A stretch of 64,000 nt of DNA, taken from assembly GCA_965223545.1 (NCBI GenBank), contig OZ245006.1:4960001-5024000 (forward strand), written 5' to 3'. The position numbers and the translations under genes are program-made. Under the pieces are notes generated by a model. The model saw nothing but the letters and a program-made list of their open reading frames with translations. It did not search any database and was not told the DNA's origin. Source of the stretch: Planctomycetota bacterium (GTDB taxonomy: Bacteria > Planctomycetota > UBA1135 > UBA2386). Positions 48,654 through 59,300 of this stretch are shown here, in pieces (the first letter of the stretch is position 1; each line of letters starts with the position of its first letter).

Positions 48654-51110
48654 TCAGCGCACCGTCAATTCGATCTCGTCCAGTCCGATGCGGCCCTCTG
48701 GCGAGCCCCAGCTCGGACCGAACTGGAACACGATCTGCCGCACGTCGGCGAGGTCGATCGCGTTGCCGTTGTTGAGGAAGTCGGTCAGCCGCAGCCGAAT
48801 CGTCTCGAACTCGTTGTTCCAGCCGGGGACCGCACCGATACAGCTGGCGCAGCCTGCTGGCGGTGGGTTGGTCGTGCGCTGGTAGGGTTCTTCGATGCCG
48901 CCGCCGTAGGCGCCGATGTTCATCGAGCTCTGCGCCCCCGTGCCGTCGACCAACGTGACGAAGAATCTCAGGTCTTCGAGGCGCGCGGTGGTCAGCGGAT
49001 GGCGCGTGGTCTGCGCTGCGCGGAAGGACAGGTGGTCGAACGCGTGCAGGTTGCGCTGGCCCGCCGGCAGCGAGTAGGTCAGGTGATAATCGCCGGTGCC
49101 GTCGAAACCGAGCACCGCACCTGCACTCGTGTCGAACGCGCTCGCCATGATGAAACCGTTCATCGGATCGGTGGGCAGCGCGTCGAAGCCGAAGTCGCCA
49201 TCGTCGTATCTGCCCTCGAACAGCTCGGGCAGATCACTGGTGACCGTGGCTCCCGAGCTCGCCAGCGCGACGCCGGCGCCGCTCTGGAAGTCATCGATGA
49301 TGTGCTTGCCGCTGTCCGGCGACTCCTGAAACTGGAGGTTGACGATGTTGCACTCGCCAAACGGCACGCCGATCGGACGAAAGCGGTCCCACTGCCGCCA
49401 CAAGAAGTCTTTCGACGGCACGTCGCCGCGCACGTGGTACTCGACCAACGGGAGCACGTAGCCGAGCATGATCTCGTGGGTCTTCGGTTCGTCGAGCTGG
49501 CACGGACCGGTGACCCATGGGTTCTGGTTGGTCTGCGCGTGGAACCAGCCGTGGCCCACGCCGTAGAGGCTGATCGACTGGCGCGACTTCTGCGCGCGGT
49601 CGTGCATGATGTACCACTGCTCGCGGTCGCGGCACGCGCAGCCGGGGACGTTGCTGTCGGCGACCCCGACCCACAAGTGGTAGGGGACCGCGTGTGGGTT
49701 GGAGCTGGACGGGCCGCCGTCTTGCACCGGGGCGATGCTCGACAGCAGCACGATGTCGCTGGCGTCGTAGTTGGTCATCGTCATGGTGCCGTCGATCAGC
49801 TGGTCGTAGGCGCGGACGATGCTGTCTCCACCACGGCTGTGGCCGATCCAGACGATGGTGTCGCCGTCGACGTGACCGGCGAGCACACCGCCGCCGATGG
49901 TGGCCAGGCTGCCCAGGAACGCGTCGGTGTTGTCGAGCGTCGTCAACGAGGCGGTCAGCGTGCCGGGGATCGTGTTGTTGCTGTGGCTCATCACCACGTA
50001 GCCGTAGGAGGCAAGGTGGTAGCCCAGGTGGTCGTACCACTGGTAGTTGTGGCCATTGCCGTGGCTGATCGCGATGAGCGGTAGCTGGCCGAGCTGGGCG
50101 ATGTTGGTCGGGTAGTAGACGTCCTGGCGGAGGAAGGTCGTTGGGCTGCCGGCGACCGGAACCCACGTCGCGCCCAGGTCGTACTGGATCTCGGTCACCG
50201 CGTACGGGCCGCCCGCTCCGGTGCCGGGCCCGACGCGCGTGGCGGGTCCGACGCTGCCGACGGTGGTGTCGCGCACGATGTAGAAGCCGGCTTCGCGGTC
50301 GCTGTAGCCGTCGGCGAGATCGGTGCCGTTGAAACGACCGTCTCGGTTGAAGTCGATGACGATGTCGTAGGGGACGCCGATGCGCAGATCGCCGTTGCCC
50401 GGGGTCACGTCCGGGCCGGCGAGGGTGCCCGCGTCGAGCGTGACGGTATTGGCCTGGATCGTCCCGGCGGCAAACGTCACCGCCTGCGGGGCGCCGCGCA
50501 CGTCGGTCAGGGTGTCATCTGCCAGCCACTGGCTGCGCGTCTTGGATGCGACCACGTAGACGTCGGCGGTGTTGCCGACGATGAACGGGTAGCGGGTCGG
50601 ATCGATGCCCAGCTGGAGAGAGCTGCCGGCGTTGACGGCGGCGACGTGTTGGAAGTGCGGAAACAGGCGCATCGAGCGGCCGGCCAAGTCGATGTCGCGA
50701 TCGCGCAGGGTCAGGTCGGCGCCGTTGCTGACGTCGAGACCGAAGGGGGCGCTCGGATCGGCAATGACCGCGACGGCGAACACTTGCGCGCCGGCGAGGC
50801 CGGGAAACGATGGCAGCGGCAGGGCGAGCGACAGGTTGCCGCCGGCGTCGGTTTGGCCGAGAGGCAGAACCGCGAGCGCCGGGGTGAAACCGAGCGGCAC
50901 GCTGACGCCGAACACGACCGTCGGACCTGCGGACACGTCGAGGAGCAGCGTGACGGGTAGGTTGGCGCCGCCGCTGACGTCGATCTGCAAGCGATCGCCC
51001 ATCAGTTTGACCACCGTGGTCCGCCCGTCGAACTTGAGGTCGGACGCCGGCAGTGGGGTTGCGAACGCCGCCAACGTGTACGGCAGAAGCGAGAGCAAAG
51101 TCGAGCGCAT
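48654..51110 (-). CDS. Large secreted alpha/beta-hydrolase with N-terminal conserved module
   Basis: GAGGAG RBS; signal peptide; PLIAISHGNG, YDHLGYHLASYGYVV, nucleophile elbow GHSRGG, ADSNV, GVGHGWF. Confidence 0.8.
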   Translation of the reverse strand: MRSTLLSLLPYTLAAFATPLPASDLKFDGRTTVVKLMGDRLQIDVSGGANLPVTLLLDVSAGPTVVFGVSVPLGFTPALAVLPLGQTDAGGNLSLALPLPSFPGLAGAQVFAVAVIADPSAPFGLDVSNGADLTLRDRDIDLAGRSMRLFPHFQHVAAVNAGSSLQLGIDPTRYPFIVGNTADVYVVASKTRSQWLADDTLTDVRGAPQAVTFAAGTIQANTVTLDAGTLAGPDVTPGNGDLRIGVPYDIVIDFNRDGRFNGTDLADGYSDREAGFYIVRDTTVGSVGPATRVGPGTGAGGPYAVTEIQYDLGATWVPVAGSPTTFLRQDVYYPTNIAQLGQLPLIAISHGNGHNYQWYDHLGYHLASYGYVVMSHSNNTIPGTLTASLTTLDNTDAFLGSLATIGGGVLAGHVDGDTIVWIGHSRGGDSIVRAYDQLIDGTMTMTNYDASDIVLLSSIAPVQDGGPSSSNPHAVPYHLWVGVADSNVPGCACRDREQWYIMHDRAQKSRQSISLYGVGHGWFHAQTNQNPWVTGPCQLDEPKTHEIMLGYVLPLVEYHVRGDVPSKDFLWRQWDRFRPIGVPFGECNIVNLQFQESPDSGKHIIDDFQSGAGVALASSGATVTSDLPELFEGRYDDGDFGFDALPTDPMNGFIMASAFDTSAGAVLGFDGTGDYHLTYSLPAGQRNLHAFDHLSFRAAQTTRHPLTTARLEDLRFFVTLVDGTGAQSSMNIGAYGGGIEEPYQRTTNPPPAGCASCIGAVPGWNNEFETIRLRLTDFLNNGNAIDLADVRQIVFQFGPSWGSPEGRIGLDEIELTVR

Positions 51111-51255
51111 TGGTGGTGACTCCTCGGCTCCTCGGTCGGAGCGCGGCGGCCCGCGTCGTGGCCATCGGCCAGTATAGGATCGTCGTGCGATCGACGGTGC
51201 CGCTGTCACGCACCCGACCGCAGTCGTTGCGGCTGACCGCACGGCCAAGTGCGAC

Positions 51256-54150
51256 TCAGCGCGTCGCCGGCCAGTCCAGCACCTGGTCGTCGGCCAGTAG
51301 CTCGGTGCGCAGCGTTGCATAACCAACGTCTTGCAGCGCGATGTCGTCCGGCATTGCCAACGCGATCGCCACTGCCGCGCTGTGACCCAGCACCATGAAC
51401 ACGGGCTCCATGCGGATCGATCCGAACGCGATGTGGCTGGCCGACAGGCAGACCGGCACCGCCAAGTTGGTGCACTCCTCGCGCGCGGGCACGATGGCAC
51501 GGTAAGAGATGCCGTAGGGAGCGAAGCCACCGACCTGCACGTCGCCCTCGTTGCGCACGGTGCCGTCGGCGGTGACGTAGCGCTGCACGTGGTGCGAGTC
51601 CATCGTGTAGGCGGCGAGCCCGACCGGGTCCTCGACGCGGCGCGCGCCGCGGCAGTGGTGCTCGGTCATCACGACTTCGCCGACCATGCGTCGTGCCTCG
51701 CGCACGTAGAGCTGGTGTGGCCAGTGACCGTTGTCGACGAACTCGTCCTTGGCGAGTCCCCAGGTGTTGAAGTGGGCGCGCACCTGCGGTGGTACGCGCG
51801 GGTCGTTGGCCAGAGTCCAGAGCAAGCCCTGCTGGTAGGCGGCGTGATCGCGGACGATGCGCGCGCGGGTGGCCGCGTCGGCCTCGGGGTAGGCGTGGTT
51901 GGCGCCGATGTGATCGGTGGAAACGGCGAAGTTGTTGTTGCTGTCGGTCTTGCGGTTCGGCATCGCCACCGGGTGCCACGGGATGCGGTGGTCGCCGGCT
52001 TCGAAGTTGCGCAACAGCAGCTCGTAGCGCTTGGCGTCGTAGCCGGCGGGCTTCGGCCATGGCACGCGGTTCTCCGGCACGTCGGTGGCGCAGATGCGGA
52101 AGCAGTAGGCCTGCACGCGGTCGTCGCCGGTGCCGTCCTCGCCCGGCGGATCAGCTTGCACGCCGGGCAGGAGTCCACTGTCGGGATTGCCGGGCTCGAT
52201 CCACGGGTCGACCGCATGGGTGAACTGGTGGTGGCGGGCATGCGCGGTCTGCACGCCGTTGAGGGTCTCGTCGTAGGTGCGGTTGGCCTCGCGGCCGACG
52301 GTGTACGACACGCCCGCCGCCGCCATCAGGTCGCCTTCGTAGCTGGCATCGATGAACGCACGGCCGGTGAAACGGGTGCCGCTCCGTGTGCGGAACGCGC
52401 GCAGCCGGTCTCCCTCACGCTCGACGCCGCCGTCGCGGTCGAGTTGCTCGTCGAAGAACAGCGTGGCGTCGGTCTCGGCCAGCATCGCGCGCAGGATGCG
52501 TTCCGCGACGTGCGGTTCGAAGGTCCACGCGGCGTCCTCCTCCGGCCGGTGGCCGCGGCCGCGGAACTCCTCGCGGCGCTGCCAGGTCCACGCCGCGTCG
52601 TCGGCGTAATGCGCCCGCACGCGCCGGTAGAACTCGCGCGCGATGCCGCCGATCGCCGCCTTGTTGCCGATGTCCGTCGCGCCAAGCCCGCCGCTCGTCA
52701 GCCCGCCGACGTGCTGTCCCGGCTCGACCAGGGCGACGCGCAGGCCCCGCCGGGCCGCGGCGACGGCGGCGGCGACGCCGCCGGCAGTGGCGCCGTAGAC
52801 GACGAGATCGTGCTGGTGTTGGTCGCCGCCCGGCGCTGGCAACGCCATGGGCTGCGCGTCGCGGTCGACTTGGCCGGCGAGCAAGCCGTGGAGCTGGCGC
52901 AACAGCTGCGGCCGACTCGCGGCGAGGTCGTCGCGCTCACCGGGATCCGCGGCCAGGTCGAACAGCGCGAACGGGCCGTCGCCACGATTGCGCAGAATCT
53001 TGTGGTCACCGTGCCGCAGTGCGAGCCGGGAGCCCCACTTCCAGTACAAGGTGCGCGGCGCGGGGTCTCGATCCGCAGCGCTGAGCCATGGCCAGACGTC
53101 TTGCCCGTCCAGGGCTTCCGGTGTCTCCGTCACCCCGGCGAGCGCGGCCAACGTGGGCAGCCAGTCGACGGCGTGCATCACTTGCCGGCAAACGCCCGGC
53201 TGCAGAGTGCCGCGCCAGTGCGCGAACGCCGGTACGCGCATGCCCCCCTCGAACACCTCGGTCTTCCAGCCGCGTAGTGGTCGGTTGCTACTGACGACTT
53301 CCAGCGCGGAATCCGGTGGCGGATAGGCGTTGCCGCGATGCCGGCGCAGGCCGCCGTTATCGCTGGTGAAGACGATCAGCGTCTGCTCGCGCAGATCGTG
53401 CTCGTCGAGCGCGGCGACGACTCTGCCGACCGCGGCATCCAGGTGCGACGCCGCGGCCGCCAGCAACCGGCGATCCGGGTGCTCGATGTGGGCATTGGCC
53501 CGGACCCAACGCTGCGGCTCGACCAGTGGCGTGTGCACCGCGTGGTAGGGGAGATAGACGAAGAACGGCTGGTCCTTGTGCGCCTCGATCCACTGCACGG
53601 CTTCGTCGGTGCACAGGTCGGTGACGTGCCCGGTCTGCTCGAGCCACTCACCGTTGCGGTGCCAAGTTCGTGCGAACGGGGTGTCGAGTCGGTAGCGGTG
53701 GTCGTACATCCCGACTGCCCCCGCCAGCGAACCATGCGCGTGCTCGAAGCCGTAGTGGTTGGGACCCCACTCGGGCTTCGACCCCAAGTGCCACTTGCCG
53801 GACAAGAACGTCGCATAGCCGCGCGCGCGCAGCAGCGACGCCAGCGTCTCCGTGCCGGCGGGCAGCGCCCGTTCGTTGGACGCCGTGGTGCAGTGATCGC
53901 CGAACCTGCTCGGATACCGCCCGGTCAGCAGAGCGACCCGCGTCGGCGTGCACTGCGGCTGCACGTAGTGCGCATCCAGCTCGACCCCTTCCGCGACCAG
54001 CGCATCCAGCGTCGGCGTCCGCATCTCCTCCGCATGCCACCCGACATCCGCCCACCCCAGATCATCCGCCACCACCACCACGATGTTGGGCGGCCTCTCC
54101 TGCACGACCGGCGCCAGCAACGCCAGCGCCACAATCGAAAAGCCAAGCAC
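51256..54150 (-). CDS. Fusion: arylsulfatase (FGly-dependent) + FAD-dependent oxidoreductase (FAD_oxidored-like)
   Basis: PNIVVVVADDLG, CTPTR, GKWHLG, SDNGG, EGGMRVP; then VVYGATAGGVAAAVAAAR, GGLTSGGLG, DASYEGDL, LYVREARR, SASHIAFGSIRMEP. Start GTG 54150 (alternative 54201). Confidence 0.88.
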   Translation of the reverse strand: MLGFSIVALALLAPVVQERPPNIVVVVADDLGWADVGWHAEEMRTPTLDALVAEGVELDAHYVQPQCTPTRVALLTGRYPSRFGDHCTTASNERALPAGTETLASLLRARGYATFLSGKWHLGSKPEWGPNHYGFEHAHGSLAGAVGMYDHRYRLDTPFARTWHRNGEWLEQTGHVTDLCTDEAVQWIEAHKDQPFFVYLPYHAVHTPLVEPQRWVRANAHIEHPDRRLLAAAASHLDAAVGRVVAALDEHDLREQTLIVFTSDNGGLRRHRGNAYPPPDSALEVVSSNRPLRGWKTEVFEGGMRVPAFAHWRGTLQPGVCRQVMHAVDWLPTLAALAGVTETPEALDGQDVWPWLSAADRDPAPRTLYWKWGSRLALRHGDHKILRNRGDGPFALFDLAADPGERDDLAASRPQLLRQLHGLLAGQVDRDAQPMALPAPGGDQHQHDLVVYGATAGGVAAAVAAARRGLRVALVEPGQHVGGLTSGGLGATDIGNKAAIGGIAREFYRRVRAHYADDAAWTWQRREEFRGRGHRPEEDAAWTFEPHVAERILRAMLAETDATLFFDEQLDRDGGVEREGDRLRAFRTRSGTRFTGRAFIDASYEGDLMAAAGVSYTVGREANRTYDETLNGVQTAHARHHQFTHAVDPWIEPGNPDSGLLPGVQADPPGEDGTGDDRVQAYCFRICATDVPENRVPWPKPAGYDAKRYELLLRNFEAGDHRIPWHPVAMPNRKTDSNNNFAVSTDHIGANHAYPEADAATRARIVRDHAAYQQGLLWTLANDPRVPPQVRAHFNTWGLAKDEFVDNGHWPHQLYVREARRMVGEVVMTEHHCRGARRVEDPVGLAAYTMDSHHVQRYVTADGTVRNEGDVQVGGFAPYGISYRAIVPAREECTNLAVPVCLSASHIAFGSIRMEPVFMVLGHSAAVAIALAMPDDIALQDVGYATLRTELLADDQVLDWPATR

Positions 54151-54155
54151 CCACC

Positions 54156-54189
54156 GAAAGTACGGAGTCCGGCTCGATTTTCTCGCTTC
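54156..54189 (+). repeat. REP-like 34-bp element, left arm of an inverted pair
   Basis: GAAAGTACGGAGTCCGGCTCGATTTTCTCGCTTC; 30/34 identical to the reverse complement of 55547-55580. Confidence 0.85.
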
Positions 54190-54264
54190 CCCTCCCGCCA
54201 TCCCCTCCGCCGCGATCGTCGCGGGCCTGCACGCACCTCGGGACGGCGTCGCTGGAACCGCCGT

Positions 54265-55484
54265 CTAGCGGAACTCGTAGGTTCCCGTGTTGCCCAGCGA
54301 GATCACCCCATTGGGATCGATCAAGACCGGCTGGGAGTGAAAGCGACCACCTGCTGCCAGCGGCGGAAGGGTCGCTTGGAAGGATGCGAGGCCGAACTCC
54401 GGTTGGATCGCGGTGAGTGGAAACGGTGTCAGCCACGGCTGTGCCAGTCCGATCGCGCCATTCAGCGACATCAAGGAGGTCGGTCCCGAGGCGAGCGGGC
54501 CGTAGACCATCCCCCCTGCCCAGATGGCTCCCTCGTCGTAGCACCCTCCCCAACAGCAGGTCTGCAGCTGCGCCGCTGTGCCAGCGGCGAGAATCTGCGA
54601 GTTGGTCGCGACGATGTCTACGCGAAGCAAGCCGCCGTACCCAGTGGGTCCGGACTCGGCCCACAGTGTGGTTCCACCGTTGCTCCCCGGATTCGCCAAC
54701 CACGTGCCGCGGTCGAGAAACACCTTCGGCGGTTCCTGGTCGTCGATCCCGGAGACGTAGGCGGCGGTCGATCCCCCTGCGTTTCCGATGCCACACAGGA
54801 AGGCAGAGCCATCGCCCGACGGTGTCGTCAGCGGCTCAGGCGAATGCAGGAATCCGGACGCTGGCGCTGAGATCACGGTCCGGGGATTCGATAGCGCGAT
54901 CGTCCCAGGAGAGAAGAACGCGGTCCGGTCCAGGTCCCAGGTCTGGATGTCGCCGGCATTTCCGATGCCGGCATACTGCTCGACGCCCGCGCGACGCCAA
55001 AGCTTCGAGTCGGCGTAGCCGGTCGGGCCACCGAGCAGCGGCGTCGGTGGTGGGAACGGCACCGAAATCGAGGCGCGCACCGAGAACAGCGGCCCCGAAG
55101 GAGAATCGTACGCCGCGACCAGGCGGTCATCGGAGATCGACAGCGAGAAATCATCGCCCGTGGTCACGAGTGCCGCGGCATCGCCGTTTTCGGTGAAGAC
55201 CGGTGGGGTCGGACGAAGGTCGAGGATGCCGGTCATCGGGTCCCAGCCCGTGGTCGACGACGTTCGCATCACGGTCAGCGATGCGTACAGCAAGCGCGAA
55301 TGCGCGTCAGCTCGATCTGGGCGATGGAAGCGACCGTGGGGCCGAAGACCGAGGCGGGAACTGTCGAAGTCCTCAGAACCGTCGGTGCTTCGCCCGTGTA
55401 CTGGGCCGCGAGAAGGGGAGTTGCGAGGATGCATGCCGACGCGGTGAGCGCCAGTCGCAACGGGGGGTTGGCTGGTGGAGTCAT
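54265..55484 (-). pseudogene. Secreted hypothetical protein with C-terminal conserved module, frameshifted near 55295; cargo between the inverted repeats
   Basis: The signal-peptide frame from ATG 55484 (...ATPLLAAQ...IELTRI) stops at 55275. The remainder (LLYASLTV...SLGNTGTYEFR*) is in ORF 54265..55434. Total length 1220 nt is not a multiple of 3. Confidence 0.6.
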
Positions 55485-55546
55485 GCCAAGCAGAACCCCG
55501 TTTCGTGGCCGCTGCGGCAGCATTTTTCCTGCTCTCGCGGCGGCGC

Positions 55547-55580
55547 GAAGCGAGAAAACCGAGTCTGACTCCGTACCTTC
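55547..55580 (-). repeat. REP-like 34-bp element, right arm of an inverted pair
   Basis: + strand GAAGCGAGAAAACCGAGTCTGACTCCGTACCTTC; internal hairpin GAGTC-T-GACTC. Confidence 0.85.
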
Positions 55581-56301
55581 AGTCCGTGTTGAGGATGAAG
55601 GCGGCGGCGGGGGGCACCTTGCACAGCTCGGTGGCGACCAGGTGTGGGTTGCGCTGCAGCCAAGCTTCGAACGCGCCGCGCTCGCCACGCTTGGGGTGAC
55701 CCTTGTAGTAGAAGTAGTCGTCGAAGTAGAGCGCGGTGCCGTCGACGACGAGTGGGGTGATGAAGTCGAGGACGGCGACGGTCGATGCGTGGAGGTCGCA
55801 GTCGATGTTGATGACCGCGGCGCGTTGGAGCGCGTGTGCGCTGCGCGTGGCTGGGGTCAGCGAGTCTTCGTAGAACCCCGGCACGGTGACCACGTCGTCC
55901 AGGTCGACCCGCGCCGCGCGCAGGTTGCGCCGGAATCGGGCTTCGTCGCACGCCATCACGCCTTGGCCGCGCCAGTGCAGTGGGGCGTGCGCTTCGTCGT
56001 GGTCGGGCAGGCCGGCGAACGAATCGAACGCGATGAAGCGCTTCTCCGCAGCGAGGAACTCCGCGCAGTCGTCTGCGCGCGCCGCCCGGTAGCGACCGAA
56101 CTCCTGGCGGTGGTACTGATAGGCGTGCGCGAACGAAGCCCCTTCGAACACGCCAAACTCGAGGTAGTCGCCGACGATGTTGTTGGCGACGCTGAAGGCC
56201 AAGCAGGCCTCGAGCGCGCGCAGCTTGTGGCCGGGTGGAAGAACCGCGGGGCGGCCACCGCGCCAGGCGCGGACCAGTCGTTTCTTGAGGGCGAGGCCCA
56301 T
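55579..56301 (-). CDS. TylF/MycF-family O-methyltransferase
   Basis: GDYLEFGVFEG, FDSFAGLP, VPGFYEDSL, IDCDLHAST, YFDDY; GGAG RBS. Confidence 0.88.
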   Translation of the reverse strand: MGLALKKRLVRAWRGGRPAVLPPGHKLRALEACLAFSVANNIVGDYLEFGVFEGASFAHAYQYHRQEFGRYRAARADDCAEFLAAEKRFIAFDSFAGLPDHDEAHAPLHWRGQGVMACDEARFRRNLRAARVDLDDVVTVPGFYEDSLTPATRSAHALQRAAVINIDCDLHASTVAVLDFITPLVVDGTALYFDDYFYYKGHPKRGERGAFEAWLQRNPHLVATELCKVPPAAAFILNTD

Positions 56302-56379
56302 TGAGCTCCAAAAAGGGGGGGGTACCGTTGCATCGGCGCGCGGCCGCGCTCGCTTGAGCCGGGCGCCCCCCGGCCGGCC

Positions 56380-59300
56380 TCACCAGCCGGCGCCGAGCCC
56401 GCTCGCGTCGCTGAACAGCGCAGGCGGCACCGCCGGTGCGCACATGCCCGCGTCGTCGGAGGTCACCGGGTCAGCCGGCAGGACCGTCCCGCCGTTGGCC
56501 AGCGGTGTGCACGAGGTCAGCAGGTTGGTGCCGTCGACGCCCGCGGTGCTCCACGCCGTTGCCAGCACCAGCGTGTCGGCTCCGAGCAGCGCGACCTGAC
56601 CGCCGAACGAGCGGATCTCGTTGATCCCGCCCTGCGCGTTGCCGGCCATGCTCACATCGACGACCGGCATCTGGCGCGCCTGCGGACCCGGAACCGGCGT
56701 GCTGTTGATCGCGCCGCTGGCAAACAGGTTGATGTCGAGTGCGGCCCACAACCGGTTGACCGCGCTCGCATTGTCGTGGTTGACGTTGTCGAACGCGCGG
56801 TCGGCCGCCACGATACGGCCGCCGAGCGAGCGGATGTCGATCTGGCCGCCACCGTGGTTGCCGAGCATCTTCACGGCGATCGTGCCGGGGTTGGGGAATG
56901 CGAAGTGCTGGATCGTGTTGCCCAGCACGACGATGTCTCCCTGCGCCTGCATTTCGATGCGGCCCGGATCGGCGATGTTGTCGCGGTCGGTGCGCACCAC
57001 GACGCCCGTTGTGCTGATCCGCCGCCCCTGCACGGCGACTTGCTTGAGCGTCGTGCCGGTGACCGTGATCTTGCCATCGAACGAGGCGACGCGAATCGCC
57101 GGGGCCGGCGCCGCGCGGTAGATGGCTTCGACCAACCCGTTGATCGAGATGTCACCCCCGCGCCCAGCGGCCGCGTCACCGCCGGTCAACACATGGACGT
57201 CACCGCCGGCATCCGAGCGCACCAGGCCAGTGACGGCCAGCTTGACGTCGCCGCAACGCGAGGCGATCAAGATGCGGCCCGAGCGGCCGTTGGCGGTCTG
57301 CGCGCGGTTCACGACGACGCCCCGAAGGTCGATCTCGCCATCGGCGATGATCTCGAGATCACCCGCCTGTGCGTTGTGCGCGTGCACGTCGATCGCCGCA
57401 TCGTCATCCAGGAACACGGTGCAGCTGGTCTGCACGCGAACCCCCGGCGCCGGCCGTTGCTTGCCGCGGGTCGCCACGGTGCCGGTCGTGATCGTCGCGC
57501 CGTCGATGACCTCGAGACGCTTGGTGCCGGTGTCGACGATCAGGCGCCAGGTATCCGGCGTCGGACCGCTGGTGTCGAACGACACGTACGGCGCGAGTGC
57601 GGGGTCGCCCTGCCAAGTCGGCGGCGAAGTGTTGAAGTCGGCGACCAAGTCTTGATCGATGCGGACGACGTCACCGTCGCAGTCAGGGCACGTGCCGAGC
57701 ACCGTCAGCACGCCGGGATTGCTGGCGACGGTGCCGGCGGCATTGCTCACCTTGGCGGTGTAGCGCCCGGCATCACCGTTGTTCACCGACGCCAAGAAGA
57801 GCGTGCTCTGCGTCTCGCCGGTCAGCGGGATCCCGTCCTTGCACCACTGGTAGCTCAGGTTGCTGCCGCTCGCCACGACCGAGAGCGTCACGTCGGCTCC
57901 AGCCGCCACGGTCTGGTCCTGCGGATGACTCAGGATCTGCGGCAATGCGGGCACCGCGGTCACCGTCACCGCGGCCATCACGGTCTCGCCAGTCGGGCTG
58001 GTGACCGCTAGCACGTAGAGCGTGTTCGCGTCAGGCGGAGGCGTCACCGTGACCGGCACTTCGCTGGTCACCGGGATCGGGCCGGGCGTGATCACGCCTT
58101 GGCCCCCGGAGAACCGCGCCGTCAGCACGGAAGTCTCGCCATTGATGACGAGCGTCGGCGAGGCCACAAAGCTCTCGATGTTCGGCGGGGGCACTGCCTG
58201 GACCGAGACGACGGCCTGGACCGAAGCGCCGGCGGGGTTGGTGACCACCAACGTGTAGGTAGTGGTGGCATCGTCGGGCGGCGTCACCGAGAGCGAGACT
58301 CCGCTCGAGACAGCTTGGCTGGTGACGCCATCGCTCAGCTGCCCGGTGCCGTTGGCGAAGACGAACGCCAGGTCCACCGCGGTCCCATTGGTGACGATGC
58401 TCGCCGAGCTCGTGAAGCTGGTGATCACCGGCAGGGGATACGAGGTCACCGCGGCCGTTGCCGTCACCGCGACACCGGCGCCATTCGTGACGGTCAGGGT
58501 GTAGGCGGTGGTCGCTCCGGGTGTCGGAGTGACGGTCACCGCTTGGCCCGACGTCACGGCACCGACGCCCTGGTCGATCACGCCCGTGCCGCCGCTGAAC
58601 ACCGGGACCAGCGTCACGGTGTCGCCGTCGGAGACGATGGATGGCGTCGCGTCGAACGAGAGGATCACCGGCGGTGGTTCGTCCACGGTGATGTATCCGG
58701 CGCGTGTCGCGGTATCGGTGCCGCCCGGGCCGGACACGGTCAGCGAAACCGAGTAGGTCCCCGGCGTCGTGTAGACGTGCTGCGGGGAGCTGGCGGACGA
58801 GGCGCTGCCGTCGCCGAAGCTCCACGACCAAGCGGTGATCGCGCCGCTCGACTGGTCAGTGAACGACACCGCGAGCGGAGCCGGGCCAGATGTCGGAGTG
58901 GCCGAGAACGCCGCCACCGGCGCCGGGTCGACGATGGTGATGTAGCCGTTCTTGGTCTCGGTGCTCGCGCCGCACGCGCCGGTCGCGGTCAACGAGACGT
59001 CGTACGGGCCGGGTGCCGCGTAAGTGTGCACCGGGTGTTGCGCCGTCGACGTGGTGCCGTCGCCGAAGCTCCACAGCCAGCTGTCCACCGTGCCGGTCGA
59101 CAGGTCGGTGAACGACACCATGAGTGGGGCGCTACCGCCGACGAGGTCGCTGGTGAATGCTGCCTGCGGAATGGCCTGCACGGTCAACACCGCCGGCTGG
59201 CTCTGCACGCTGCCACCCGGGTTGGTCACCAGCACGTCGTAGCTGCCGGCGTCCGTCGTACTCACCGGGCTCAAGCTCAAGCTCGGCGTGGTTGCGCCGG

